From positions 88,722,001 to 88,786,000 of the forward strand of contig OZ024740.1 of NCBI GenBank assembly GCA_964016885.1: a stretch of 64,000 bases of DNA. The letters run 5' to 3'. The notes beneath the pieces were generated by a model that had not been told where the DNA came from, made no database searches, and saw nothing but the letters and a program-made list of their open reading frames with translations. Both the position numbers and the translations under genes were made by a program. Origin of the DNA: Eledone cirrhosa (taxonomy: Eukaryota). Of this stretch, positions 41,529 through 55,693 are shown piece after piece. How positions within the stretch are numbered: position 1 is the stretch's first letter; each line of letters opens with the position of its first letter.

Positions 41529-43374
41529 TTTCTCTTTCTCTTAATTTCGAGTACATTTTTGACCGGCCCTCTTCCTGGTGGCAAGGTTGTAAAAGAAAAG
41601 AAATTGTCAGCCCTTGAATCTCAAGAATGTTTTGCAAATTTTTTAAGGTGCCAGCTATCGCACCCATTTTTAGTCCATGAATCTGGGAGCTGCGCTCTTG
41701 GTCTACAAATCCAAATTCAGTCATACTTTGGTTCCAAGGAGGTTGGTATATAACCTGTAGCTCCAATAATGATGGGTATGATGCTGAAGGTGTATCTTGG
41801 ATGCTGGATCTGCAAACTCCTCATCATTGGTTCGTAGATGTCCTCCTACTCCTGTATCTTTCTTACAACTTTGACATCAAATGGGCAGCTGATTTCTACA
41901 ACAGAACACGTTTTCAATGTGTGGTCACATATCAGGCCGGTTGTGCTTTAATTTGGTGGCAGTTTTTATTTTCAAGGTTCCACCAGTATTAATTAGTGCT
42001 ATCTATCTCAATATATTCCTCCTCCTTTGTTTTTAATTTTGATTTCTTAAGTGCGTTCCAGATGGTTCTAGCTATCACATCGTGTCTCATAGTGAGGTAG
42101 TCACAAGACAACATTCTTTCGCAGTTGGCAATAAGGTGGCTAAGATCTTCAATCTTTATTTTACATTTATTGCCGACTGATGGACCTCCTCTTCTGTGTA
42201 GCAGACATTTGGTAGGGATTTATTTTTCCTGTATTGCATAGCGATATCCTTCAAGAGGCGATGTCAGAAATTTGTCGGAACTCCATGATAGGATTTTTGA
42301 ATGATTTATCCCCTCTATGGTTTGTGTTTTCCGTCGCAGGTACCTATGCACAACTTTCTCTGTAAAATCGTCCATTGTTATGTTGTTTGATCATTGAATA
42401 GTATCTTCCAATGTCCCTGGGAGTGTTACTAATACTATACGGGTCTGGTATGATGTTAATATGGATTTTAGACTTGCGTGAGAAGTATAGCCTATCCACA
42501 TCACCATTGATGTTAAAATTACCAGTAATATTGAGAAGCTTGCGAGTTCTTACATCCATCTCACTTAGTTCTTGCAATGACGAGTTCAGCAGACCAAATG
42601 TTGGCGTTAGGATTGGCACAGCATAATATATTTGTTGTACGTTGTGGTTCTCATGAACATATTTTCCTTCCTCTCCTGAGGTAGTTAGTTCTGGTTCTCT
42701 CCTTCTTGATGGGTCCATCATATCTGACATTCTGATCTTGTCCAAGATATCTGACTGTAGAGGTTGTCACCTGACTGTACAGGTTGCATTGTCAAGCCGT
42801 TCATCTCTAGATTTCTAGAGTAGAGCACAACCCTTCCAAATTTTACTGTCAAATAGAAATATGAACATTTAGACTCACCAAATTCCATTCTGATATCTGC
42901 AGAAAATTGTGCAACGTGGTCCAATTATTTTGATATAGTTGGTATTTGACACATACAACTTCAGGTCACCTACAAAGAAAAGATGGGAGATACTTCTGGA
43001 CCTACTTTTATGACTACTTTGAGAGTTGTGAGTCTGTGATCTATACAGCCCCACACCTCCTCCTTTGTACCAGCTTGCTCAGGTGTTATAATGTTGTTGG
43101 TGGCACAATGATTTGTAAGAACAGATTAAGGCACCCAGTGTACAATTTATACATGATGTTCTAGCAGGCTATTGGATGGTAAATTTTGGCAAGTGTGGTT
43201 TGGCTATTTTGGGGGATGAGGAGAATAGGGGCAGTTAATAACCATTGGGCCAGTTCTTGTGTGCCTTTGAAGGTTTCTCTAAACAGCTGTATGAGATCTT
43301 GCCGATAGAAGACGAAATTCTTCAGCCAGTATCCTGTTATGAGGTCTGGGCCTGGTGATTTCCTATTCGACATT
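41529..43374 (-). pseudogene. Decayed R4 family 1 copy with deletions and frameshifts
   Basis: [31 protein letters not shown] and the same 3' UTR; both junctions in (CATA)n. Confidence 0.88.
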
Positions 43375-43380
43375 GTATGC

Positions 43381-43413
<33 letters not shown>

Positions 43414-43589
43414 TGTATGTATGTATGTATGTATGTATGTATATGAGTTTGTCTATGTATATATGTACGTAGTTTCATTCTTCCCATCTTAATTATAACA
43501 AGCGGATGTTTCCCCTTTACAAATGAGCATCCCCAGCTAATTTTCAATACACACAATCTATATAGGCTGTAGTGTATTTTCATCTCACT

Positions 43590-43882
43590 GTTATCATCAT
43601 CGTCATCATTGTCATCAACGTCGTCATCGTCATCATCATTATCAAGATCATCATCATCATCATTGTCACCATCGTTGTCATCGTCGTCATCGTCATCATC
43701 ATTGTTATCATCGTTGTCATCATCGTCATCATTGTCATGATGACCATTATCATCTTTGTTATCATCGTCGTCATGATCATCATCATAATTATTGTCATCA
43801 TTGTTATCATCACCGTCATCATCATAATCATCATCATTACCCTCAACATCATCATCATCACTGTCATAATCATTCCCATCAT
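43590..43882. repeat. Degenerate (ATC/GTC)n microsatellite
   Basis: Direct reading. Confidence 0.9.
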
Positions 43883-43899
43883 CTTAAGATTCTGTAAAG

Positions 43900-44915
43900 G
43901 GACAATATTGCACTGGGAACATAGGATGAGAAAATATGGCAATGGGGAGATAGGGCACGTCGAAAATAAGGTGTCGCACTATGGAACTGCGAAGCTAGGG
44001 TGACACACTATAGCACTGCCGAGCTAGGGTGTGAAACTATGGCATTGGGAAGCTTGAGGGACAGACTATAGAAATATGGAACCAGTATGTCGCAGTATGG
44101 CAATGCCGAGAGAGGATGGAAATATAAGGCACTTTCAAACTAGGTGCCGCAATATGGCACAGTGGTGCTGGGGAGGAATACAACGGAACTGGGGAGCTTC
44201 AGTGAGACAGTATGGAAATATGGAACTATGATGTCGCAGTATTGCAATGGGGAGATAGGGTGGCAAAATACGGTGCTACGGAGCTAGGGTACTACCCCAT
44301 GTCACTCTCGACTTAGGGTGGTACACTATGGAAATGGGTAGCTTCAGCGACACAGTGGGGTAACATGCAGCTAAGGTGATCCCCCCCCCCCCCATGGCAA
44401 TGGGAGATAGTGTTGGAAATATTTAAGGTGCCCCAGTGTGGGACTATAGAGCAAGGGTGGCACACTATGATACTGGGAAGTTTGAGTGACACAGTATGGA
44501 CATGTGGAACTAGGATGTCGGAGTATGACAATCGGAAGGTAGGGTGCGTAATATGGCACAGCAGAGCTAGGGTGGCACATTACGGAATTGGGAAATAATA
44601 GTGAAACTGTATGGAAATATGGAACTAGGATGTCGCAATATGGTAATGGGGAGATAGGGTGGAAAATATGGCACTTCGGAGGTAGGGTGCTGCACTATGG
44701 CACAGCGGGGATAGGGTGGGACATTATGGAACTTGATAGCTTTTGAGTGGAAATATGGAGCTAGAGTGACTCCATCTGGCTATGGGGAGATGGTGTGAAA
44801 AAATATGGCACTTTAAAGTTGAAGCGATGGTGGCACACTATTAAACTTGGTGTGTAGTTTGGGACAGGATAGTACTGGGAAGATAGGATAGTAAGATATG
44901 GCAATGGGGAGCTCT
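43900..44915. repeat. Degenerate 29-bp minisatellite with 4-5-mer higher-order structure
   Basis: Monomer like ACTATGGCACTGGGGAGCTAGGGTGGCAC; the GAAATATGGA variant recurs at 44071, 44215, 44499, 44614 and 44750. Confidence 0.8.
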
Positions 44916-45178
44916 AGTTGTATACTAGCCGTTTAGTATATGGTAAATGGTTATTCTTTCACTTTCTGTTTACGATACAACAATACACAAAAACTTGATG
45001 TTGTAAGTCCAGCTTAGCTACCAACACACGCACACGCGCACACACAGATACATATGAACGCATACACTTACGGATACATATGCACATGAAAGGACGTATA
45101 TATATACGCACAAAATAACTCTGCCTATCCACTCAAACGCTTACATACGCTCACATACACGAATAGTGCCGAATTATG

Positions 45179-45233
<55 letters not shown>

Positions 45234-46038
45234 AAAAGGTAAACAGAAATAATAACACAATCGGCACAGTATAATGAAGGGATATATATACTCTTCTTTT
45301 CACAATTCCAACAGACGCTATATTTTTACTGTTGAATAAGTGACCTGAAGAGCATATTAATAATTGAGCCGGGCCCGTTACATCTGCAGGTGACTCTGAG
45401 CCAATTATCCGCGAAACGCACGTAACGCGCGTAACAGGTACATATACAATGAAAAACTAAATAAACGTAAAAGAAAATTCATCGTTTTTCTTAATATGCA
45501 TCATGTATGATGGTATAGTAAAGAATTTTTTTTTGTCTACTGCATTAAAATCGCCGATCGTCATACTGATTCTGCTTGAAAATTATAATAAAGATTACAT
45601 CTGACCTCATATCGTTAGATGAGGGCATTTAGTTGATTGAATGTCCACTACACGCACACTAACATACTCACAAACTCTCTCTCTCTCCCACACACGCACA
45701 CACACACCCACACATACACACACACGCACATACACACACATACACACACACATATATATGTATATATACATTTGGGAAAAGTAAAGAAGATAAATAATAA
45801 TTTATGAATTAACTTGTTATCACGACTAGAGTTTCGTTCAGTAACATCAGTTTTGAGCACTGTGAGAAGTCTCAACTCATAAGGGAACTTCTCAATCAAC
45901 AAAAACATATTCTGCGTTATCCGTTACCAGTGATGATTTCTATTTACGGTCAACAGAAGGGCAGCGTTTCCTTCATTGAGCAAAACTGGTAATGATACGA
46001 CATCATATGTACGTCTATACTTGTGTATATATGTATAT

Positions 46039-47000
<962 letters not shown>

Positions 47001-47022
47001 TATATATATATATATATATATA

Positions 47023-47660
47023 TATGAAAAATATCTTTATAAAACCATATTTATTTTATTATACATATTTCAAGGGGTACCAACATACTGGTACGCTTTC
47101 ATATATATATATGAAAGCGTACCAAAATATTGGTACCCCTTGAAATATGTATAATAAAATAAATATGGTTTTATAAAGATATTTTCCATTTATTAATATT
47201 ATTGATATCGTATATATATTTATATATATATATAAATATATAAATATATATAAGAAAAGGGATATTTAATTTGTTGGTAATTCAACAAATATATTTATAC
47301 AAGATTCGAAGCACTGGACAAGTTTTCCGGAGTATAATATCAATGATATTAATAAATGGAAACTATATTTATAAAACCATATTTATTCTATTATATATAT
47401 TTCAAGGTTACCAAAACTTTGGTACCCTTGAAATATATAACTTTGATAACTTTGATAGGTTTCAGCTAGTACTGGCCCAGGCCATGTCTAACTTAATAGC
47501 ACCATCTGGCGAAGTCTTACAAATCAGTGTTTGGGCACCATGGCCCACTCGAGCAGAGAGTTATTGTTTACGGAGGCATATCGGGGATTTCTTGAAGGAA
47601 TTTATCCAATAAATATTGTTTTATAAATATAGTTACCATTTACTAATATCATTGATCAAT
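47023..47660. mobile_element. Two family F-related fold-back inserts (47023-47212 and 47251-47660)
   Basis: Share TATTTATAAAACCATATTTATT..ATATATTTCA.GG and the tail with 25597-25877. Confidence 0.65.
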
Positions 47661-49421
47661 ATATGTATATATATATATACATATATATATATACATATAT
47701 ATATCTATATATCTATAGTAGGTGCATTTGGGCATATTATTTATGCTAGATTATCTTTTTATCTGAACGACACATCTACTTTTTCTCCTAACATTCAGCA
47801 AATTTCTGTATCAAAGTGTGTGTGGGTGTATGTGTATGTGTGTGTCTGTGTATCACTGTATATGTGGGAGACCCCGTCTGCTGGTGACTATGGTTGGCAA
47901 CCCTTTTGAAGTTGAGAATTAGTTTGAAAATTCGACAATATTTTTCCCAATCTCAGTTTGATATTTACAAATTTGATTAATTCTGATTTTTTTCTTTTCC
48001 TGATCAAAGAATGCGAGCGACAAAATAAATATTAACGAACAAATGTGATCGCATTAACGAATAAATATTCAGATTAAAGAAGAAAAAAAATAAGATTCAT
48101 TATTTCTTTGAACATTCCTTAAGCTATTTTTAAGACTATATCTAAGACGAATAAAGAATTACTTGGACCAGTGCAAGACACGTGAATATTTGTTAGTATG
48201 TTTCTTTTTTTCATGCATGTATTATTCGGCTGCGCAATATAGTTATTGTATGTCAAATTTAGAACATAATATGAAAATATAGCATCAAACAGAATAATGA
48301 ATTATAGTATAAGTATCAACTAAAACTACATTCCTTGTGCTCTATCCTCATCGCATTCTATAATATGTATGAGAAATATATTTGACCTGATTTAATTAAA
48401 AATAATATGGTTAAAACAAAAGAAAAAATACTGTGTGTCGTTTAATTTTTAAAATGAAGGTAAATTCAGCTTTGACGCTGTTTTCCAGTTGTTCGTCCAA
48501 CAGAACAGCCTACTAGTTAAATTAACACATAAATGGCAGAATATTCCAGATATACGTGGCAGTCGAAATTTATTGTAATTCTCAGAGGGATTCAGCATGA
48601 CGCTCTTTGTCATAATGTTGTACATTTAACGTTCAGGTATAGCCCAACTGATCATATACCAGTTTCCGCCTATCCTATTTTATTCACAATGCTCCGGATT
48701 CATGCAGTGGAAAAGAACTCGGAATATCATTGTCACGAAGCAAACTTTTTAATAATTCGATCATGCTGTGTTGATATTAGGTTCTTAATTAGGCACAATG
48801 CCGTTAATTTGGGGGAAGAAGAAATTCAATTGAATCGATCCCAGTGCTTTAATAATACTTTGTTTCATCGACCCCGTAAGGAGGAAAGGCGAAGCAAATC
48901 TCATCTATATTTGAACTCTACCGATACTGCCAATCTACCTTTCCAATGCTGATGCTTTAATATTCAAACATATTTCGAATGTATTTCATTCTAATAACCG
49001 ATATAGCCCCCAATATCTGAACAAAATATACTTTTCAGTATCATTGGCTTGTGTAGAGAATTCTAATAACCTTCATTTTTAATGAAATATATCCCTAGCA
49101 TGTGCACCCACACTGACGTTCTAACATTGGGACGAAAATTTAAATTATAATACAACATATGCACAAAATATTATTTTCAATACAAACATGATAAAAACAT
49201 GGGGCTTTGCTTTGTTAGTAGCTACCTGTGTTGACGCAGTTTTGCTAAATAGTTACCATAATGTTCTGGTTTCAATCTTGAGGAAGTTTTCCATGCTCTC
49301 GCAATGATTCAAGATATGAGATGGAAACTGGTTAGACAGAAAATGTTCGAAAACACGTCTGATTCTCTCTCTCCAACATCTCTTTCTCTCTCTCTCCATC
49401 TTTCTCTCTCTCTCTCTCTCG

Positions 49422-49456
<35 letters not shown>

Positions 49457-49469
49457 AATAATTGTTTCT

Positions 49470-49590
49470 ACTTTTGGCACAAGGCCAGCAAATAGCCAGT
49501 GCATTACTGGTACTTTATTTTATCGACCCCGTAAGGATGAAAGGCAAAGTCAACCTCGGCGGGATTTGAACTCAGAATGGCAAGGACCGT
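49470..49590 (-). mobile_element. SINE, same family as 9955-10130
   Basis: GGTACTTTATTTTATCGACCCCGTAAGGATGAAAGGCAAAGTCAACCTCGGCGGGATTTGAACTCAG. Confidence 0.75.
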
Positions 49591-49748
49591 ACCCCTGAAT
49601 TGGGAATACAAATGAATAAAACAAGTTTAGGTGTTGTTGTGTATATATGTATATGTAAGTGTGTTTGTATATATATATGTGTGTATATATGTGTGTGTGT
49701 ATCTATGACCAGTGCATATAGATTACAGACCCCCACACACACACAAAC

Positions 49749-49794
<46 letters not shown>

Positions 49795-49958
49795 TAGAAT
49801 TGGTGCTCTGAAATAGCGATATATATATGAATGTATATATAGTGTATTTTGCAATACACTGTATGCTTAATTAAAAGCATTTCGAAGACCTTATGCTATT
49901 GTTTTAGAGTAGTGAAAGTCTCACTTACTTTAAATTTTCAGCAAACAGGGAAGATAAA

Positions 49959-50001
49959 GCTGACATAGCTCTGTTTCGTACTGATTGGTACTTATCAAAG
50001 C
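49959..50001 (-). ncRNA. Type I hammerhead ribozyme, U3-A8 core, extended stem I (49934-50028)
   Basis: GCT-TTGATAA-GTAC-CAATCA-GTAC-GAAAC-AGAGCTAT-GTC-AGC; distal 16-bp helix ATTTTCAGCAAACAGG / CCTGTTTGCTGAAAAT. Confidence 0.85.
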
Positions 50002-50362
50002 CAAGTACTCCACCTGTTTGCTGAAAATCATGAATGTTTGATTCTTATAGAATTCTAGTAATAATCAGCAACTGGTTATACAGAGCGGTTGCCGATCAGG
50101 CAGAAATTGAAAATTAGATTTGGTGCTCTGAAATAGCGATATATATATGAATGTATATTCGAAATGCTTTTAATTAAGCATACAGTGTATTGTAAAATAT
50201 ACTATATATACATTCATATATATATCGCTATTTCAGAGCACCAATTCTAATTTTCAATTTCTGCCTGACCGGCAACCGCTCTGTATAATCAGTTCCTGAT
50301 TATTACTAGAATTCTATAAGAGTCAAACATTCATGATTTCCAGCAAACAGATGGAGTGATTG

Positions 50363-50405
50363 GCTTTGATACGTACCAATCAGTACGAAACAGAGCTCTG
50401 TCAGC
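50363..50405 (+). ncRNA. Type I hammerhead ribozyme, second family J copy (A9C)
   Basis: GCT-TTGATAC-GTAC-CAATCA-GTAC-GAAAC-AGAGCTCT-GTC-AGC; predicted cut after 50402. Confidence 0.8.
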
Positions 50406-51082
50406 TTTATCTCCCCTGTTTGGTGAAAATTTAAAGTAAGTGAGACTGTCACCACTCTAAAACAATAGCGTAAGATCTTCGAAATACTTTTAATTAAGCA
50501 TACAGTGTATTGCAAAATACAGTATATATATACATTCATATATATATATATATATATACTAACAAATGCCTCCCGTCCATTGGACGGTGTTAGTTCTCGG
50601 TAGGACTGCAGTCTTAATGGTGAAATTCCGTTTTGTCGATGTTTAACATGGAGGATAATTATACGTGATCAACTCTTTCAATCAAAATTGAGACGGTATT
50701 AAAAACGATCATGTTTTATTTACAGATATCTGTTATTAAAATGTGAAAGTAGAGAAATATCGAAAATAGAAAATAGAGAAAAATGTGAAAATAGAGAAAA
50801 ATGGAAATATCGTTTGGAATGTCGTTTAATTGACTGAATGGCTGAAGGATCGGTACAAAAAGCATAGAAGAGAGTTCGGTTGACATTAAGGCAATCTGTA
50901 AGAAACTACATGTTTAATTGAATTATGAAATAACCTGGAGCATGTGGAAGGCTGTCCATTGAAATGAAAAAATGGTTGATTTCATGAATGGGCATTTGTT
51001 GGAAGAGTAACATTACCTAATGTGAAAAGTAAGTAATCGCATTAAGGACCAACCTGAAGGGTCTTTCGACTCCACGGAAAAA

Positions 51083-54000
51083 CTATTGGAGGGCTGCTTT
51101 GTAAACCACATTTTTTGTCAATCTTCCGGGAGCGTAGTAAAAGAGATTGGCCGCGTTTCCAACTCTTGAACATCCCACATACAGTTGTCCGTGTGAAAAG
51201 CATGGAGTACTGAGGTCCAGCCCAAACACTTTTAGTGACTGCCCTTGGGCTTTATTAATGGTCATTGCAAAACCTAATCGAATGGGGAATTGAACTCTTT
51301 TCATCGGAAAGACACAGTCAGTTGGAATAAGTGGAACTCTGGAAATAAAAACAGAGTCGCCAGCGCCTTTTCCCGTAATGATTGTAGCCTCGAGAACGTC
51401 ATCCAACATTTGCGTTATAACCAAGCGTGTGCCATTGCAAAGCCGAGGAGGTTCCAAGTTTCTCAAGAATATGATGGGACTGCCAAATCTTAAGCAGAGT
51501 TTATGCGGTGGCATTCCCGATGGCTCTTGTGAGTTTAAAAACTATGTTGGATAAAACGTTACTTGCGTCGGATCCGTAATCGAATCAATCGAAGCATAAC
51601 ATCGCTCTTAGGAAGGAAGTTGACGAAGCAGACATGTGTAAAGAGCTTGGACGGTGTCATTTGTAGGAGCTAAGATGGCCCTTCCACACATACATTGATG
51701 ACTGACGTAATTTGTTGAGAGGTCGGGGTAAACTATTGTGCAAATGTCCTCAGGGCTGGAGACGTAGTTACCGATGGTACTTATGTCAACCAAACCGTTT
51801 ACGTCGATTGGTAAGTTCCTATTACCAGCATCCAATAACTTTGCAGCAAAGTAATTGTCACCGTCTTGTTGGTGGAGAATCGATGGCATGTTGATGGTTA
51901 ACTTTCTCGACTGGACGAAGCGCCAAAAATGAGAATGTTTAATCCAAGCATCTATTTCATCATCTGGTTGGCCTTTTGGGACAATGGGAAGAGTTTGACG
52001 AAAATCCCCAGCAAGAAGTAGAAAGACGCCACCGAACGGTTTAGAGCTGGAGCGCAGGTCTTGTAGCGTTGTATTGATTGCATCAAGTGCATTCTTGTGG
52101 GAAATTTTTGCCTCGTCCCAGACAATCAATTTGCATTTTTGAAAGACAGCAACCTCATCAGAATTCTTCTTTATATTGGTGGTCGGATTTTCAACATGAC
52201 CGATGTTAAGGGGAAGCTTAAATGTTGAATGGACTGTTCTGCCGCCGTCTAGCAGTGTTGCTGCTATTCCTGAAGATGCCATTGCAATGGCAATCTGTCC
52301 ACGTTGGCGAACTTTGGCGAGAAGGAGGTTGAGGAGAAATGTCTTTCCTGTGCCACCTGGCGCATCAAGGAAGTAGATGCCACCACTGGTGTCTTCAAGC
52401 ATCGTGAAAACAAAAGTATAGACATCAGCTTGTTCAAGATTCAAAAGTTTTTCTCTTTCTTGAACGTAGGACAGAAGCCTGGCAGCATCGTAGCATGTCT
52501 CCCTTATTAGGGGGCGGTTACAAACAGCCTCATTTTCTCTTTTAGGGGCTTCCATACAGTAGTTCTTCAAGGGACGGCCACCCATTTCCAAAAGTATATA
52601 TTCTAGAAATATGAGACCGCAGTTGTACATTTCAGGTGTAAACTGTAAATACATGTGCGTGGACGCGAAGCGAGATTGCATTAGGATGTCCAAGCACATG
52701 TCGTGATATTTCTCCCAGCAAGACTGTGGATTCCCAAGACTGCAGTACACCAGCATAACGGCGAAAAGCTTACGACGAGCAATTGGTGACTGCAACATTG
52801 ATGCTTCATGGAGGGCGTGGTCATAGTGGTCATCATTGTCGAGAAGACCTAATTTGGAGCAGGCCTCTTTAAATGTTGAACAAATATGGCCATTGATGGT
52901 ACGAAGGTCTTCAAAGGAAGTTGGCCCTTTGACAATATGCAATAGAAGAAGAAGGTGAAAGCATTCTAAATTGAGCGGGCGAACTGCGTACACTCTTGAG
53001 AGGGCATCAGACTCACGTATCGAAGCATCCCTTTGTGAAATGCGTCCTCGCCTTCTTCTTTGCCAACAGCGGGAAGATTTTCTCCACGTGTAGAATGTAG
53101 ACAACTCCGCATAAAGCAGTGTTCTGGAAAAAGAGTCAGAAGTACAAAGTTCAAAGAATCCGGTAAGGGTCGTTCTTCGAGGTTGTCTTGTACCGTCAAG
53201 CATATTTTCTTGGTTAAAATACACCCGTTGACCATTCCCCAAATGAACGCTGAGGTGAATAACTGCAGGTTCACGTTCATGGATCGGAAACCCAAATATG
53301 CGCCAAAATGCCTCGTTAGAAGAGATGTAGCGTCCAGTTTGGAAAAAGGCGACTGTGGCGGCATCAGGATTATCGGTCTTAGCCAACTCAATAACTGTTC
53401 GATCGGCTCCCTTATGAACATACTTGCAGATGTATTGGATTGATTTTACGGAGTTGCAGTATTCAACATTAATGTGAGCTGAAAACATTTTACAAAGCAT
53501 CTTATTATGTGGTACAACCCATGGGTTGTCGATATTGAAATCTTGACCACCAACCATTGTTATAGTTGCTGTATGTCCACCCTCCTGCGGTACCCTGCGA
53601 CGGTATAAAGGGTAGCCATCATCACCAGTTTTGGTTTCATGGATAAGTTTACGTGGGTAACGCTTTGTACATTTCCCATTATCCATACATGCAGATTTTG
53701 GATTTAGGTGGCCACACGGTCCATGGATCATGTTGGCTTTTCTAATTTGAAAAAGGACGGGGTCCTCTTGGGGATTTGGCAATTCAGCACTTATAACGGA
53801 ATCAACATCAGCTGACATGAGTTTTTTTTTAAGTCAAAGGAGAATATGGGCATGCGTGAATCCTCTCTTCTGCCATTCTTCGGAGTACATGAAACACCTT
53901 ACTGGTCCAAAAAGTTGTCCGTATTTTATAACATCTATTTTCATAAGCTTTAGGTTAAACACTCTAGATGTGATATCATGCCTGTGTGAAGGATTTTGGC

Positions 54001-55693
54001 CATGAAGTAAGTGAGACTGGATGTCAAACCATTTTGGATTGCATGTGAAGGTGATAAAAAGATCAGGACGGTCACAATAGCGGACATAGTTGAGAGCATC
54101 CTACATTTTTTCATGCATGTAACGGGGGCCTCCAGTGTATGACGATGGGAGAATGACAGAAAGCCCAACATCCGAAGCAATAACCTAATCAGTTCGGTTG
54201 ACTTCGTCACGTAGATGGCCGTATTCTTCTGAACACAGTTCCTTTTGATGGTGTCTTATCCATTGGAGGCGTTCAGTGTCAATCTGGAAAAAGAAGAAAT
54301 TGTTGTGGTAAATATTGAGTGAACTGGCTAAGGAAATTTTCTGAACGAAATTATAAAATAATAAATAGTTACCTTAGTAAATACGTCTACACAGTATTGA
54401 TTGAGGAGCATCCGTGTTCTATGCAGAATGTTGATGTCGTTTTTGCGAACCATAAGCCTAAATGCATAACACTCCATTTGTGTAATGGTTTTCCGTGGTT
54501 GAAGATGCATTAAATTCATCGGATTACACTTTGGTAAGTCAATGCGGTAGCCATCGTCGCCAAAGGGGAACAGTAATGGACTGGAGGGCATCATATGCAG
54601 GGTGATGTTCATTTATTTTTTGAAGACGCGAGTCCTGCCATTCAAGAACAATATCACGGTCATTAGGACTTGTTATAAGCACTGCAACTTCATCGGTTTG
54701 GGGCCTGTTAAAGGAACCCTGATGATACCCTGGTGGAGCGCGGTCACCTCGAATAACAACCTTGAATTGATTGGTGTTAGCATCTCTACGCTGAAAAGCA
54801 GTTTTGGAAATGGTGACGTAGGGGTTTATGGCATGAAGCATATATTGAAGGGGCTGCAGAAGAAAATGTATTGTTCCTTTAGCAACTGAAGCTCTTCGTG
54901 CAGTTTCTTCAGGTCCGTTCCACATAAAGTAAATCTGGAGAAACCTGTGTTCATCGCCATCTTGTGGAATAAGGGTGCCAATTTGATGGTAAATTTGGCC
55001 TTGCACTTTGAATGTGGGCATATATTTTCCATGTTTTATTGGTGTATGACGAAAGCTTGTCATTTGGAAAGCCGAATTGTAGGCTCTTATATTTCTAAGA
55101 AAGTGTTTAGAATCCGAGTGGTCTCTAAGCAGCAGAGAATACAAAGGTTCGGCATCGACTTGTAAATGAGTCAATCTAACCGTTCCATTGGAGCAGTATA
55201 TACCGGTACATTCTGCTGGCCACCTCATTGCGTTACAATGGACGCAAACAGTTGACATGCTACTAATGATGATATGTGGGTGGGATGCGTAGTCCTCTCG
55301 GAGGTTATAATGAAAAGCCTTCTTAGACCAGTAAAAGGAATAAACCCTCGGAAAGACATGAAAACGCATTTTCCGTTGAGAATCAGCCGCAAGCCTTTGG
55401 TCAATAGTCTCTTAAGCACGGCTATTTGAAGTAGAAGCAGCATCGCAAACACGCCGGAGTTCTGCTTGTTCAGCAGTCTGTAATGCTCTTGCTTTCGAAG
55501 TAGAAGTAGCATTGCGAGAAAGCCGGAGTTCTGCTTGTTCAGTTGTCTGTAATGCTCTGGCGATCGAAGTAGAAGCAGCATTGCGAGCACACCGTAGCAT
55601 ACATTGTTCTTCTGTCTCGCTTGCGCGCAAAGACCGTAAAGCAAAAGCGTTTCTTGTTTTTCTTCCAATATGACTCTTGCTTTTTCGAGGCAT
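51083..55693 (-). pseudogene. Helitron RepHel (HUH Rep plus PIF1 helicase) with stops/frameshifts and a predicted intron 54372-54284
   Basis: N-terminal RASETEEQ-type repeats; CVHC..C...CSNG; NIRAYNSAF; PDLFITFTCNPKW; EWQKRGFTHAHILL; YICKYVHK; DAPGGTGKT; IVWDE; GDFRQTLP; FAMTINKAQGQS; HGQLYVGCSRV. Confidence 0.95.

Larger units (their letters stand above)
49794..50540. mobile_element. Retrozyme-like element (family J): two inverted arms, each ~1.15-1.2 copies of a 320-bp unit
   Basis: Period 320 in both arms (49794/50114 and 50158/50478); one hammerhead per unit; no credible ORF; (TA)n flanks. Confidence 0.8.

Noticed and set aside
43900-44915. CRISPR-like regular repeats
   Set aside because: Contiguous degenerate monomers without unique spacers, no cas genes, eukaryotic context.
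45340-45440. Hammerhead-like CTGAAGAGC...GCGAAACGCACGTAACGCGCGTA
   Set aside because: Core and stem III fit, but stem I does not pair in register; probably a decayed PLE motif.
48533-48952. 139-aa ORF
   Set aside because: Its 3' half is an antisense SINE copy; no protein features.
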